A DNA stretch of 49,568 nucleotides from Actinomycetota bacterium. Its GTDB lineage: Bacteria > Actinomycetota > Actinomycetes > Mycobacteriales > Jatrophihabitantaceae. The notes beneath the pieces were generated by a model that saw only the letters and a program-made list of their open reading frames with translations, had not been told where the DNA came from and searched no databases. The stretch covers positions 1 to 49,568 of the forward strand of contig JBKPQM010000039.1 in the NCBI GenBank assembly GCA_046734095.1, read 5' to 3'. The position numbers and the translations under genes are program-made. This document shows positions 19,333 to 28,414 of this stretch, one piece after another. The stretch's first letter is position 1. Each line of letters begins with the position of its first letter.

Positions 19333-20224
19333 TGAGCCCGCGCGCCGCGACACTGGCCCGTTTCGTCGCGGGCACCGCGATCCGGCGGCGGAATACGTTG
19401 TAGTCCGCATCCTCGATTTCGTCGAGGATGCGGCTGTACAGGACGAGCGCGGTCCGCAGGCAGTCGCGCGAGGTGGGATGTACCAGCTCGATGCCCGGCG
19501 CCGCGTGGCGGTACAGGTCGCGCGCGCGAGCGATCTCGGTGGCGAGCAGGTTGCGGATCGGCTGGTCGACCCGGCCGAAGCGCGCCGCGCGCTGCAGCCG
19601 ACCGACGTCCACGCCGAATGCGCACAGCGCCTCTTGCGGCAGGTACACGCGCCCGAGCTCCAGATCTTCGGCCACATCCCGGAGAAAGTTGGTGTACTGG
19701 AAGGCCATCCCGAGATCGATCGCGTACGGCTCGACAACTTCCCAGCGCATCCGCGGCTCGGCGCGTTCGAGAATCGGCAGCATCTGCAGGCCGATGACGG
19801 CCGCCGAGCCCCACATGTACTTCGCCAGATCGGCGAACGTCGCATACCCCGCGACGGTGAGGTCGGCCCGCATGGCTTCGAGGAAATCGGCGAAGTAGGA
19901 CTTGCGGATGTCCCAGCGGGTGATCGTGTCGATGACGGCCCGGCACACCGGATCAGCCGAGGTACCCAGACCGACGTCGGCGATGAAGTCTGCGCTCCAG
20001 GTCTCGAATCGGTCCGGGCTTGCGCCAAGTCGGTCCACGATGTCGTCGGCGTAACGCGCGAATCCGTAGAGGGCGTGGACGTAGGGCCTCTTGCCCGGCG
20101 GCAGTAGCAACGTAGCGATGTAGTACGTCTTGCCGTGAGCGGCGTTGATCCGGCGGCACAGCTCGTAGCTGGTGCGCAGCCGGGGTGACCCGATGCCGGC
20201 CGCGTTCAGCTCGCGACCTCTCAT
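19286..20224 (-). CDS. crtB: Phytoene synthase
   Basis: Motifs are YYIATLLLPPGKRPYVHALYGFARYADDIVD and YLPQE. ATG 20224 overlaps the crtI stop (ATGA). Confidence 0.9.
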   Translation of the reverse strand: MRGRELNAAGIGSPRLRTSYELCRRINAAHGKTYYIATLLLPPGKRPYVHALYGFARYADDIVDRLGASPDRFETWSADFIADVGLGTSADPVCRAVIDTITRWDIRKSYFADFLEAMRADLTVAGYATFADLAKYMWGSAAVIGLQMLPILERAEPRMRWEVVEPYAIDLGMAFQYTNFLRDVAEDLELGRVYLPQEALCAFGVDVGRLQRAARFGRVDQPIRNLLATEIARARDLYRHAAPGIELVHPTSRDCLRTALVLYSRILDEIEDADYNVFRRRIAVPATKRASVAARGLISALAARRERRAIPS

Positions 20225-21708
20225 CCGCCAATCGTGGCAGAGGGCCCGCCGGCCCGGAGCACCCGCTCGGCCGCGAGCCGACCTGAGAGGAGCACCATCG
20301 GTATGCCGACCCCGGGCTGAATGTTCGAGCCGCAGAACACCAGGTTCTCGATCCGCCGATCCAGCGTGGGCAGACGGAACGGACCGGTCTGCCCGAAGCG
20401 GTGCGCCGCCGCGAAGGGTGTTCCGGCCGGCATGCCCTGGGCGGCCCAATCGGCCGGCGTCGTGACGTGCTGGACCTCGGGATCGATATCAAAGCCGCGG
20501 CCGGCCAGCGTGTCGACCATGTGCTCGACGTAGCGGGAGCTTTCCTTCGTCCAGTCGATCGGCCGGCGGTGCTCTAGATTCGGCGCCGGGAACAGCGCGT
20601 AGTACGCGTGTGCGCCCGCCGGCGCGAGTGACGGGTCGGTCACCGTGGGCGCGGTCAACAGGAACGACGGATCGCTCATCAAGCGACCCTGCCGGATGAT
20701 CTCGTCGAACGTCGACGTCCAGGCCGACCCGAACGAAAGCGTGTGATGGGCGTCCGGACGCGCACCCCGTACGCCGGCGTACAGTACCGCGCACGACGGC
20801 GAATACCGCAGCCGCCTCGGTTCGCGGCTCAGCAATTCAGCGCAGGCCGTGGCCGGATGGGCGTTGACGACGACGACGTCGGCGGCGATACGCTCGCCGG
20901 AGCCGGTGATCACGGCCGCGGCTCGTGTGCGATCGACCTCGATCCGGGTGGCGACCGTGCCGTAGCGTATGGCGACGCCATGCTTAACGGCCGCACCGGC
21001 CAGCGCCTGGGGGACGGCCTGCACGCCGCCCATCGGGAAGTAGACACCGCCCACGCAGTCCAGGTAGGTGATTACCCCGTAGATCGCAAGAGCCTGCCCG
21101 GGCGCCAGCCCGGCATACGTCGCCTGAAAGGTGAACAGCCGGCGCAGCCGCTCGTCCCGCACGAACGAAGCCACCCTGGGTCCGAGCCGGCCGAACCCGC
21201 CGAGGCTGATCAACCGCAGCAGCGGGCGACCCAATAGCGCCCAGGGCGAATCCAGATTGCGGGCGATGAAGTGCGGCATCTCGATCTCGTACAGCTCGCG
21301 CAAGTAGGCGACGAGGCGGCGGTACCCCTGGGCATCGCGAGCACCGCAGAGCGCATGGATCGCGGCCGCCGTCGCGTCGACATCGGAGTGCACGTCGAGC
21401 GTGGATCCATCCGGGAATCGGGCCCGGTATGCGGGGTCGAGGCGTCGCAGATCCAGCCAGTTCTCGAGGTTTTCGCCAACGGCAGCAAGGGTTTCGGCGA
21501 TCAACGATGGCATTGTCAGCACCGTCGGCCCGGTATCGAACGTGTAGCCCCGGTCGTGCAGCGCGCCGGCCTGGCCGCCCGGCCGATCGGAGCGTTCGAG
21601 CACGATCACTTCGCGGCCCGCACCGGCCAAGTGGAGTGCGGCCGAGAGCCCGGCCAGTCCGGCGCCTACGATCACAATCCGGTCCGTACGCCCAGGTACG
21701 GTTCTCAC
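20221..21708 (-). CDS. crtI: Phytoene desaturase
   Basis: FAD fold is RIVIVGAGLAGLSAALHLAGAGREVIVLE. The protein is CrtI-like throughout. GTG 21708 overlaps the idsA stop (GTGA). The longer track ORF is an upstream shadow extension. Confidence 0.9.
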   Translation of the reverse strand: MRTVPGRTDRIVIVGAGLAGLSAALHLAGAGREVIVLERSDRPGGQAGALHDRGYTFDTGPTVLTMPSLIAETLAAVGENLENWLDLRRLDPAYRARFPDGSTLDVHSDVDATAAAIHALCGARDAQGYRRLVAYLRELYEIEMPHFIARNLDSPWALLGRPLLRLISLGGFGRLGPRVASFVRDERLRRLFTFQATYAGLAPGQALAIYGVITYLDCVGGVYFPMGGVQAVPQALAGAAVKHGVAIRYGTVATRIEVDRTRAAAVITGSGERIAADVVVVNAHPATACAELLSREPRRLRYSPSCAVLYAGVRGARPDAHHTLSFGSAWTSTFDEIIRQGRLMSDPSFLLTAPTVTDPSLAPAGAHAYYALFPAPNLEHRRPIDWTKESSRYVEHMVDTLAGRGFDIDPEVQHVTTPADWAAQGMPAGTPFAAAHRFGQTGPFRLPTLDRRIENLVFCGSNIQPGVGIPMVLLSGRLAAERVLRAGGPSATIGG

Positions 21709-22763
21709 GTGTGGCGTTCTGCCGCGAGTACAGCCAGACTGTCGAGTGCCTCGCGAACGTCGTCGGCGATCGCCGGGCTGAGAGCGGCCCGGGCCTGGGC
21801 TGCTCGCTCGGCGATACGAGCCTCGACGCGATCCAGGGCACCCGTCGCCGCGATCACGTCGCACAGCGCGGCCACGCCGGTGTCGTCGAGCTCGCGATCG
21901 CCCAGCCCAGCGCGGAGGATTTCCGCCTGGGTGCTTGACGCACGTTGCATGGCGAGCGCCACGAGCATCGTCCGCTTACCTTCGCGCAGGTCGTCGCCGC
22001 TCGGCTTGCCGGTGCGTCCGGGATCGCCGAACACGCCCAGAACGTCGTCGCGCAGCTGAAAGGCCTCCCCGAGCGGCAGGCCGTACCCGCTGATCGCCTC
22101 GACCACCTCGGGCGACGCGCCGGCCGCCGCGGCGCCGAACCGAAGCGGTCCCTCGATCGTGTACTTGCTGGTCTTGTACCGGGCCACGCGCAGCGCGTCG
22201 TCCACCGAGAAGTCGCCCCGAGCCTGTACGAGCATGTCGAGATACTGCCCAGCCATCACCTGCTGGCGCATGTCGTCGTAGACGCCGCGGGCCCGATGGC
22301 CGGCTGCTTCGTCGAAGCCGGCCGCGGCGAACAATGCGTCGGCCCAGGACAGCAGCAGGTCGCCGACGACGATTGCCGCTGCGGTACCGAACACGCGTGC
22401 GTCCCCGGTGAAGCCCTCCGCGTCATGGATGGTGGTGAACCGAGCGTGCACGGATGGCCGACCGCGGCGGGTGCTCGAGCCATCCATCACGTCGTCGTGG
22501 ATGAGCGCGCACCCGTGCAGAAGTTCCAGGCTGGCCGCGGCTGTGATCATCGGGCGGTCGCCGTCGGCGGAACGGACGGATCGCCAGCCGCAGTACGCGA
22601 ACATCGGACGCAGCCGCTTGCCGCCGTCGAGCACGAAACCGCGGGCGATATCGGCAAGTGGCGCGAGATCGTCGCCGAGCTCGGCAAACCGGGCTTGACG
22701 CCCGTCGAAGAACTGCGCGAGGTCCGCATCGACGCGCTGGATCACCGCGCCGAGGTCGATCAC
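21705..22763 (-). CDS. idsA: Polyprenyl (geranylgeranyl) diphosphate synthase
   Basis: First Asp-rich motif is [15 protein letters not shown] and the second is [16 protein letters not shown] 22763 was chosen because the upstream extension overlaps metF on the other strand, so the start is uncertain. Confidence 0.8.
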   Translation of the reverse strand: MIDLGAVIQRVDADLAQFFDGRQARFAELGDDLAPLADIARGFVLDGGKRLRPMFAYCGWRSVRSADGDRPMITAAASLELLHGCALIHDDVMDGSSTRRGRPSVHARFTTIHDAEGFTGDARVFGTAAAIVVGDLLLSWADALFAAAGFDEAAGHRARGVYDDMRQQVMAGQYLDMLVQARGDFSVDDALRVARYKTSKYTIEGPLRFGAAAAGASPEVVEAISGYGLPLGEAFQLRDDVLGVFGDPGRTGKPSGDDLREGKRTMLVALAMQRASSTQAEILRAGLGDRELDDTGVAALCDVIAATGALDRVEARIAERAAQARAALSPAIADDVREALDSLAVLAAERHT

Positions 22764-22787
22764 AGGGCGGACATTACGCTGGGGCGC

Positions 22788-23678
22788 ATGCCACGAACGG
22801 TGCGGGATGTGCTCGCGGCTGGACAGCGCACGTTTTCGTTCGAGTTCTTTCCCCCCAAAACGCCGGAAGACGACCGTCTCCTCTGGCAGACCATCCGTGA
22901 GCTCGAACCGCTGCGTCCCTCTTTCGTGTCCGTGACATACGGGGCGGGCGGTTCGACCCGCGACCATACGATCGAGATCGTCGAGCATATTGCCTCCGAC
23001 ACGACGCTGCTCCCCGTCGCGCACTTGACCGCCGTCAACCATTCGGTGGCCGAGCTGCGCGGGATCATCGGGCGCTTCGCTGACGTGGGCGTGGTGAACA
23101 TGCTGGCCATTCGCGGCGACCCGCCGGGTGATCCGATGGGCGAGTGGATCAGACATCCGGAGGGCTTGACCTACGCCGGTGAGCTGGTCGAGCTGCTACG
23201 GACGCACGGTGATTTCAGCGTCGGCGTGGCCGCGTTCCCGTACAAGCACCCCAGGTCGGCGACCGTTGACGAGGACACCACACGGTTCGTCGAGAAGTGC
23301 CGCGCCGGCGCCGACTACGCGATCACGCAGATGTTCTTCGACGTGGACGAGTACCTGCGGCTGCGTGAGCGGGTTGCGGCGGCCGGTGGCGAGGTGCCGA
23401 TCATCGCCGGCATCATGCCGGTGACGACGATGCGGACGATTGAGCGCTCGGAGCAGTTGTCCGGGGCGCCGTTCCCGCCTGCGCTCGCGGCGAAGTTCGG
23501 AGCCCTCGCTGACGATCCGAAGGCGGTGCGCGCGCTGGGCATCGAGGAGTGCTCGCACCTGGCGGAGCGATTGCTCGAGGAGGACGCGCCCGGCATCCAC
23601 TTCATCACGTTCAACCGCTCGAAGGCCACCCGCGAGGTATGGGCCAACCTGCGGATCACCGCGCCGACGCCGACCTGA
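22788..23678 (+). CDS. metF: Methylenetetrahydrofolate reductase
   Basis: [14 protein letters not shown]...[11 protein letters not shown]...HLT...ALRGDPP is typical of MetF. ATG 22788 was chosen within a long open frame. Confidence 0.85.
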   Translation: MPRTVRDVLAAGQRTFSFEFFPPKTPEDDRLLWQTIRELEPLRPSFVSVTYGAGGSTRDHTIEIVEHIASDTTLLPVAHLTAVNHSVAELRGIIGRFADVGVVNMLAIRGDPPGDPMGEWIRHPEGLTYAGELVELLRTHGDFSVGVAAFPYKHPRSATVDEDTTRFVEKCRAGADYAITQMFFDVDEYLRLRERVAAAGGEVPIIAGIMPVTTMRTIERSEQLSGAPFPPALAAKFGALADDPKAVRALGIEECSHLAERLLEEDAPGIHFITFNRSKATREVWANLRITAPTPT

Positions 23679-24265
23679 TCGAGGCGTGGTCGCTGCTGCA
23701 TCAGGGGCTGCGACCGTCGCCGCTAGTGCTGCGGTGGCTGCGTGCACTGTGGAGGTTGGCCCGTCCGATCGCGGCGGCGGGCGTCTCGCCCACGGCGATT
23801 ACCGTGGCCGGTCTGGGGCTGGCCGTCGGCGCGCCGTTGACGGCCGCCCGAGTGCCTCTTGTCGCCTTCGCGCTCATCGTCCTGGCCGCGCTGTGCGACG
23901 GGCTGGATGGTGCCGTGGCCGTGGTCGCGAGGCGGGCCTCGCGCTCTGGGGCGGTCGCCGACGCTGTCGCCGACCGGGTGGCGGACACCGCCTTCGCCTT
24001 GACGATCTGGCGCTGCGGGGCGCCTTTGTGGCTCGCGCTCCTCGCGGCCGGGCTCTCGCTGGCGCAGGAGTTGACGCGCCGGCGGGTGATGATCACGATC
24101 GCGGAGCGGCCGACGCGGGTGATCTGCGCGGCGCTCGCCTGCGCGAGCGCGGCTGCTGGCGACGCGATCTGGCCGCCGACGGTCTGCGCCGCCGTCTGGG
24201 TGGCGGCCACGGCGATCGCTCTCGTTCAGCTCGGCGCGGCACCCGGCGGACGTAGCGCGGGATGA
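23639..24265 (+). CDS. CDP-alcohol phosphatidyltransferase family membrane protein
   Basis: [32 protein letters not shown] approximates the DGxxAR...G...D...D motif. The protein is hydrophobic throughout. The start is uncertain (ATG 23639 overlaps the metF end). Confidence 0.55.
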   Translation: MGQPADHRADADLIEAWSLLHQGLRPSPLVLRWLRALWRLARPIAAAGVSPTAITVAGLGLAVGAPLTAARVPLVAFALIVLAALCDGLDGAVAVVARRASRSGAVADAVADRVADTAFALTIWRCGAPLWLALLAAGLSLAQELTRRRVMITIAERPTRVICAALACASAAAGDAIWPPTVCAAVWVAATAIALVQLGAAPGGRSAG

Positions 24266-24272
24266 TGCGCGC

Positions 24273-24893
24273 TCAGATCACCTCGTAGCCGATCTCCTCA
24301 GCGGCGGCAGCGATCCAACCCAGCGTGCCCGGGTCGTCCAGCGGGCGGCTGAACAGCGGCCGCGCCGGGAACGCGTCGCGGGCAGCGGTGAACATCGTCA
24401 CTTCGGGCCGGCCGGTCATGGCCGATACGTGCCACAACCCGTCCAGATCGGGCCAGCGGGTGTAGATGACGCGCGCCCAGGCCCGGCACACGTCGTGCGG
24501 CCCGGTGTTGAGCAGGTGCGACGCGCCGTTGCGGATCGGCCAGGTGCTGGTGAAGTCCAGCAGATGCATGATGCGCGTCGGCCGCCACGCGGTCAGGTAC
24601 GGCGAGCCGCGCGACGTGTTGACGGTGCGCCGGTCCTGGAAGACCTCGGCCAGGCAGGTGGCGATGTCCGCCGAGACGTACGAGATGCCTCGGTCGGACG
24701 GACCGGGCGGTGGCTCCTGGGGGTCGAACCGGGCGTGGGAGGGCCCCCAGAACCTCAACTCGTTCCACGGCACGACGTTCTCGCCGGCGCAGCGGTGCAG
24801 GCGCCACAGGACGGTGTGGCGGGGTAGCGCGGACAGATCGCCTTCCTCCCACGTCAGCGCTTCCGGGGCCGGCGGGAGAGGAAGCTTCACCAC
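24273..24893 (-). CDS. RES domain toxin (NAD+-targeting RES family)
   Basis: The spaced R-E-S signature is HARFD ... ISYVSADIATCLAEVF ... DGLWHVSAMTG. The GTG start overlaps the stop of the upstream partner gene. Confidence 0.8.
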   Translation of the reverse strand: MVKLPLPPAPEALTWEEGDLSALPRHTVLWRLHRCAGENVVPWNELRFWGPSHARFDPQEPPPGPSDRGISYVSADIATCLAEVFQDRRTVNTSRGSPYLTAWRPTRIMHLLDFTSTWPIRNGASHLLNTGPHDVCRAWARVIYTRWPDLDGLWHVSAMTGRPEVTMFTAARDAFPARPLFSRPLDDPGTLGWIAAAAEEIGYEVI

Positions 24894-25492
24894 CGGTCGA
24901 GGTCGGCCGCGTACGCCGCGACTTGGGCGGGGTCGCCCCCGGTCAGCAGCCAGTCACGTGGGCTGACGTCGCGCCCGCGCACCCGCAGGTCGGCCTGCGG
25001 GGTGGTCATGAACCCCTCCACCTCGCGCGGATGCATGCCCTCAGGCAGCGCGGCGAGCACCGCGGCCAGCCCAGGCAGCGGCCGTAGATCGTCGCCGAAC
25101 TGCCAGGTCGGCAGCCGCAATGCACGTCCCACCCGGACGCCGTAGAGGACGCGGTTGCGGACCCGATGGCGGATCCGCGAGTCGTCCACCCCCCACTTCG
25201 CCGCGATGTCGTGTACTGGGTACGAGCGGCGCAGCAGGTCGAACTCGACCCGGGCTCGATCGACGGCGACCTGCTCGGGGCTGCCCAGCCGGGCCGCGGT
25301 CGCCGGATCGATGCCGCTGTGCTCGGCGAGTACGGCCGCCTCGGCGTCGGTGAGGGTGCTCGTGCCCGGACGGGGCTCGCGGGTCAGCGTTGCGCGCAAG
25401 GCCGACACGAAGTCGGACTCACTGCCGGACACGCCGAAGTCGGCCAGCAGGCTCGCCACGGTGGATGTCATCGCCGCCAACCTCCACCGCAC
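24887..25492 (-). CDS. Putative cognate antitoxin (HTH plus C-terminal Xre/MbcA/ParS-like toxin-binding region)
   Basis: It lies immediately upstream of and overlaps the RES gene (GTGGTGA). The HTH-like segment is HDIAAKWGVDDSRIRHRVRNRVLYGVRVGRALRLPTWQF. The C-terminal SPRDWLLTGGDPAQV resembles the DUF2384-type domain. An alternative start is ATG 25471. Confidence 0.6.
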   Translation of the reverse strand: MRWRLAAMTSTVASLLADFGVSGSESDFVSALRATLTREPRPGTSTLTDAEAAVLAEHSGIDPATAARLGSPEQVAVDRARVEFDLLRRSYPVHDIAAKWGVDDSRIRHRVRNRVLYGVRVGRALRLPTWQFGDDLRPLPGLAAVLAALPEGMHPREVEGFMTTPQADLRVRGRDVSPRDWLLTGGDPAQVAAYAADLDRW

Positions 25493-25557
25493 AGTTTACG
25501 ACACCGTCAGAAGCCGTGCTGTCCTTATCCCGCCTGCGCGGATCCGTGTCTGCACCA

Positions 25558-25780
25558 CTCGCTGCGCTCGGGTGCATCCCCGGTTCCGCTCCGCGCCTGC
25601 GGCGCGGGCCGCGTGGCGGCGGCGGGGCTCTTCGCGCGAGCGCTCATCGCGACTCGGGTGCATCCCCGGTTCCGCTCCGCGCCTGCGGCGCGGGCCGCGT
25701 GGCGGCGGCGGGGCACTTCCCACCCCACGAAATCGCTGCGCGATTTCGCGGGGACCCCGGTTCGCGCGAGCGCTCATCGC
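25558..25780 (+). repeat. Cluster of the dispersed GC-rich repeat: one full copy, an 86-bp-offset second copy, a small hairpin and a third core
   Basis: Full unit is 25558-25650. A 62-nt block at 25567-25628 is repeated exactly at 25653-25714. Cores lie at 25628-25650 and 25761-25780. A 9-bp-stem hairpin (CGAAATCGC-tgc-GCGATTTCG) lies around 25728-25748. Confidence 0.85.
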
Positions 25781-25784
25781 GGTC

Positions 25785-27272
25785 TTATCGCGCGGGGCCT
25801 ATCAGGTTGGCGACGATCTTTGCTGACAGCGCGACCAGCGGGAGTCCGCCTCCGGGCTGCGTCGAGCCGCCGACCAGGTACAGGCCGCGCACTTTCGACG
25901 CGTTCCCCGGGCGGCGCACGCTGCTGCGCAACCCGTGCAGGGCCGGGCCGTAGATCGCGCCGCCCGGCGCTCCGGTACGCCGCTGCAGGTCCGCCGGTGT
26001 CAGCACCTTGCTGAACAGCAGCCGCTCGCGTACCGGCACGCCCCGCGCGGCAAGCAGTGACAGCACCCGTCCCTCGTACCCGGACGCGAGGCCCGGGCTG
26101 TCCCAGTCCAACGCGCCGCGGCTGCCGTCGATACCGTGCCGGGGGGCGTTGACCAGCACGAACCAGGCCTCATGTTCGGGCGGGCAGATCGCCGAATCGT
26201 CTGGGGCGCTGATGTAGACGGCGGGATCCGTCACGGGACGCCCAGGGCGTCCGAACACCGCGTCGAACTCGGCGTCGTAGTCATCTCCCCCGAAGAGCAC
26301 GTTGTGGTGGGCGAGACCCGGCGTGCGGCCGCGAACGCCGAGGAGGAGCACGAACGCGCTCAGCGAATCGGCCGGCGAGCCCAGCCGTCGAGCCGGCCTC
26401 AGCAGGTTCCGGTACACGGTGCTCGCGTCGGCATTCGCGACAACGATGTCGGCGGGCAGCTGGGCGCCGTCCACCAGCCGGACGTCCGCGACCCGTCCGC
26501 CCGTCGCCGTGATCTGAGCGACCTGTGCGCCGGTGCGGATGACCCCGCCGCGCTCGCGCACCCGATTGGCCAGCGCCTCGGCCAGCTGGTGCACGCCGCC
26601 CTCGACGTACCACGCGCCGAAGGCGTGTTCCAGGTACGGGATAACGGTGAGCGCGGCCGGGGCCCGCCGCGGATCGGACCCAACGTAGGTCGCATATCGT
26701 TCGAGCAGCACCCGGGGCCGGGGGTCGTCGAACGCGCGGTTGGCGATATGCCGCAGGGACCGCCCGGGTCCTACCGCGCCGAGATCACCGACGCGAGCCA
26801 GTCGGCGCACCAGGTCGCGACCGGTGAGACTTTGCGCGAACAGCGGGATCTCGACCGCGTCCCAGATCCGCGACCCGCGAGCCATCAGGCGGCCCCAGGC
26901 GCGACCGGCGCCGACACCGAACGCGCGGTCGAAGCGGTCCGCCTGCTCGTCGAGGTTGCGGGTCGTACTCAGCACCGTGCCGTCCTGGAAGCGGTAGCGG
27001 ACGAACGGGTCGACGGTCCGCAACGTCACGACAGAATCGAGGGGATCCCCGGTATCCGCGAAGAGCTCGGCGAACACCTCGGGCATGGTGAGCAGCGATG
27101 CGCCCGTGTCGAACCGGAACGTACCGGACGGCGTGCGCTCTTCGAAGCGCCCGACCTTCCCGCCGACCGTCTCAGTCGCCTCGAGCACGGTGACGTCGTG
27201 GCGCAACGCGGCGAGTCGGGCGGCGGCGGCGAGACCACCGACGCCCGCGCCGACCACAACTGCACGCGCCAT
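25785..27272 (-). CDS. Phytoene desaturase-family carotenoid desaturase (CrtD-like)
   Basis: FAD fold is AVVVGAGVGGLAAAARLAALRHDVTVLEATETVGGK. It is CrtI-family throughout, with C-terminal GLYLVGGSTQPGGGLP. ATG 27272 was chosen; the 820-aa track ORF is a shadow extension. Confidence 0.8.
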   Translation of the reverse strand: MARAVVVGAGVGGLAAAARLAALRHDVTVLEATETVGGKVGRFEERTPSGTFRFDTGASLLTMPEVFAELFADTGDPLDSVVTLRTVDPFVRYRFQDGTVLSTTRNLDEQADRFDRAFGVGAGRAWGRLMARGSRIWDAVEIPLFAQSLTGRDLVRRLARVGDLGAVGPGRSLRHIANRAFDDPRPRVLLERYATYVGSDPRRAPAALTVIPYLEHAFGAWYVEGGVHQLAEALANRVRERGGVIRTGAQVAQITATGGRVADVRLVDGAQLPADIVVANADASTVYRNLLRPARRLGSPADSLSAFVLLLGVRGRTPGLAHHNVLFGGDDYDAEFDAVFGRPGRPVTDPAVYISAPDDSAICPPEHEAWFVLVNAPRHGIDGSRGALDWDSPGLASGYEGRVLSLLAARGVPVRERLLFSKVLTPADLQRRTGAPGGAIYGPALHGLRSSVRRPGNASKVRGLYLVGGSTQPGGGLPLVALSAKIVANLIGPAR

Positions 27273-27310
27273 GTACAGATACTGCCGCAGCCCGGATGAG
27301 CGCCGCGCGG

Positions 27311-28414
27311 CTATGCCCCTCGAGGTGAGATGACCCGCCCTTTCCAGATGAGCGTTCCGCGGCGGCGGCGGATGAACGACGAAGCGGTCAGGCCGGCCAC
27401 GGCCACGACCGAGGCGGGGTGGCCGAGCGCGTCCGGCCACACCCGGCCGCCGGTTCGGCGGGCGGCAATCACCCGGCCGGCAACCCCAGCCGCGTAACCG
27501 AGGGCGCCGATCTTGTCGCCACGTAGTGCCGCGAGCGCCGGCCCGACGTAGATGACGCCCAGCGCCGCCAGCCCGGCGGCTGCGCCCGCCGGGGAGCCGA
27601 AGGCGGCCCATAGCGATTTGCCATAGCCGTCGCGAAGCGGCGCCCAGCCGTTGTACATCCGGCAGCTGGCCAGTCGTGTCCCGTCGACGATGCCGCCGTG
27701 GGCGCCGGTCCGCCGCAGCGCGCGGGCGAGGCTCAGGTCGTCGAGCACCGCGCCGGGCGGATGGCCCCCGGCGCGTTCGTAGGCGGCGCGGCGCACCACG
27801 AGGAACTGGCCGTTCGCGGCGGCAAGCGACGGCCACGCCGATCGCTCGGCCAGGCGCAGCGGAAGGAAGGTGAGCCACGACCATTGCAGCAGTGGTTGGA
27901 CGAGCCGCTCGGCGGCGGTGCGGGCGACCTGCCGTGGATACGGGGAGACGAAGTCGAGTTGGTAGCGGTGCAGGAGCTCGACAGCCGCGCTCACGGCGTG
28001 CGGTTCGAGGCGGACGTCGGCATCGACGAACACCAGCACATGGCTGCTGAGCCGGGCGGCGGCGGCGAGCTGGCGGCAGGCGTGCGGCTTGCCGAGCCAG
28101 CCGGGTGGCAGCCGTCCGCCGGATATCACGCGAACTCGCGGATCCACAGCCGCGGCGATTTCCCTTGTCGCATCGGATGATTCGTCGTCCAGAACGAGGA
28201 TCTCGAGCCCCTGAGCCGGCCGCTGGCCCACGACGGACCGCACACATTCAGCGATGTTGTGCGCTTCGTCGCGGGCGGGTAGCAACACCGAGACGTCCAG
28301 CGTGGACGCTACGGGGCCCGCGGGTGGGCGCCGAAGCAGGCGGGCATTGATCGTGGCGTGCGCGGTGCCGATGATCGCCGCGACACTGCCCAGCACTACG
28401 AGCCGGCTGGTCAT
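27311..28414 (-). CDS. Family 2 glycosyltransferase (carotenoid glycosyltransferase candidate)
   Basis: Motifs are VSVLLPARDEAHNI, ILVLDDESSD and VFVDADV. ATG 28414 overlaps the upstream stop (ATGA). TM segments occur in the C-terminal part. Confidence 0.8.
   Translation of the reverse strand: MTSRLVVLGSVAAIIGTAHATINARLLRRPPAGPVASTLDVSVLLPARDEAHNIAECVRSVVGQRPAQGLEILVLDDESSDATREIAAAVDPRVRVISGGRLPPGWLGKPHACRQLAAAARLSSHVLVFVDADVRLEPHAVSAAVELLHRYQLDFVSPYPRQVARTAAERLVQPLLQWSWLTFLPLRLAERSAWPSLAAANGQFLVVRRAAYERAGGHPPGAVLDDLSLARALRRTGAHGGIVDGTRLASCRMYNGWAPLRDGYGKSLWAAFGSPAGAAAGLAALGVIYVGPALAALRGDKIGALGYAAGVAGRVIAARRTGGRVWPDALGHPASVVAVAGLTASSFIRRRRGTLIWKGRVISPRGA

Noticed and set aside
25558-25780. 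Possible CRISPR array, suggested by the tandem repeats.
   Set aside because: There are only two to three units. The material between them is itself repeat sequence rather than unique spacers, and the unit (~86-94 nt) is far longer than CRISPR repeats. No cas genes are present in the window, and the same element is dispersed at other loci.
24273-25780. The TA pair plus repeats, considered as a mobile genetic element or genomic island.
   Set aside because: The segment has no integrase, transposase, tRNA target or flanking direct repeats. Repeats lie on one side only. It is reported as a TA module, not as a mobile element.
25785-28247. Over-extended N-termini in the ORF track: the 820-aa form of the CrtD-like gene, the 568-aa form of GT2, the 614-aa form of cysN, the 577-aa form of metF, the 483-aa form of idsA, the 547-aa form of crtI, the 387-aa form of crtB and the 821-aa form of the transglutaminase.
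   Set aside because: The extensions are Arg/Pro-rich and overlap neighbouring genes. The recognisable domain begins at an internal ATG or GTG, which often coincides with an ATGA or GTGA overlap with the upstream stop.
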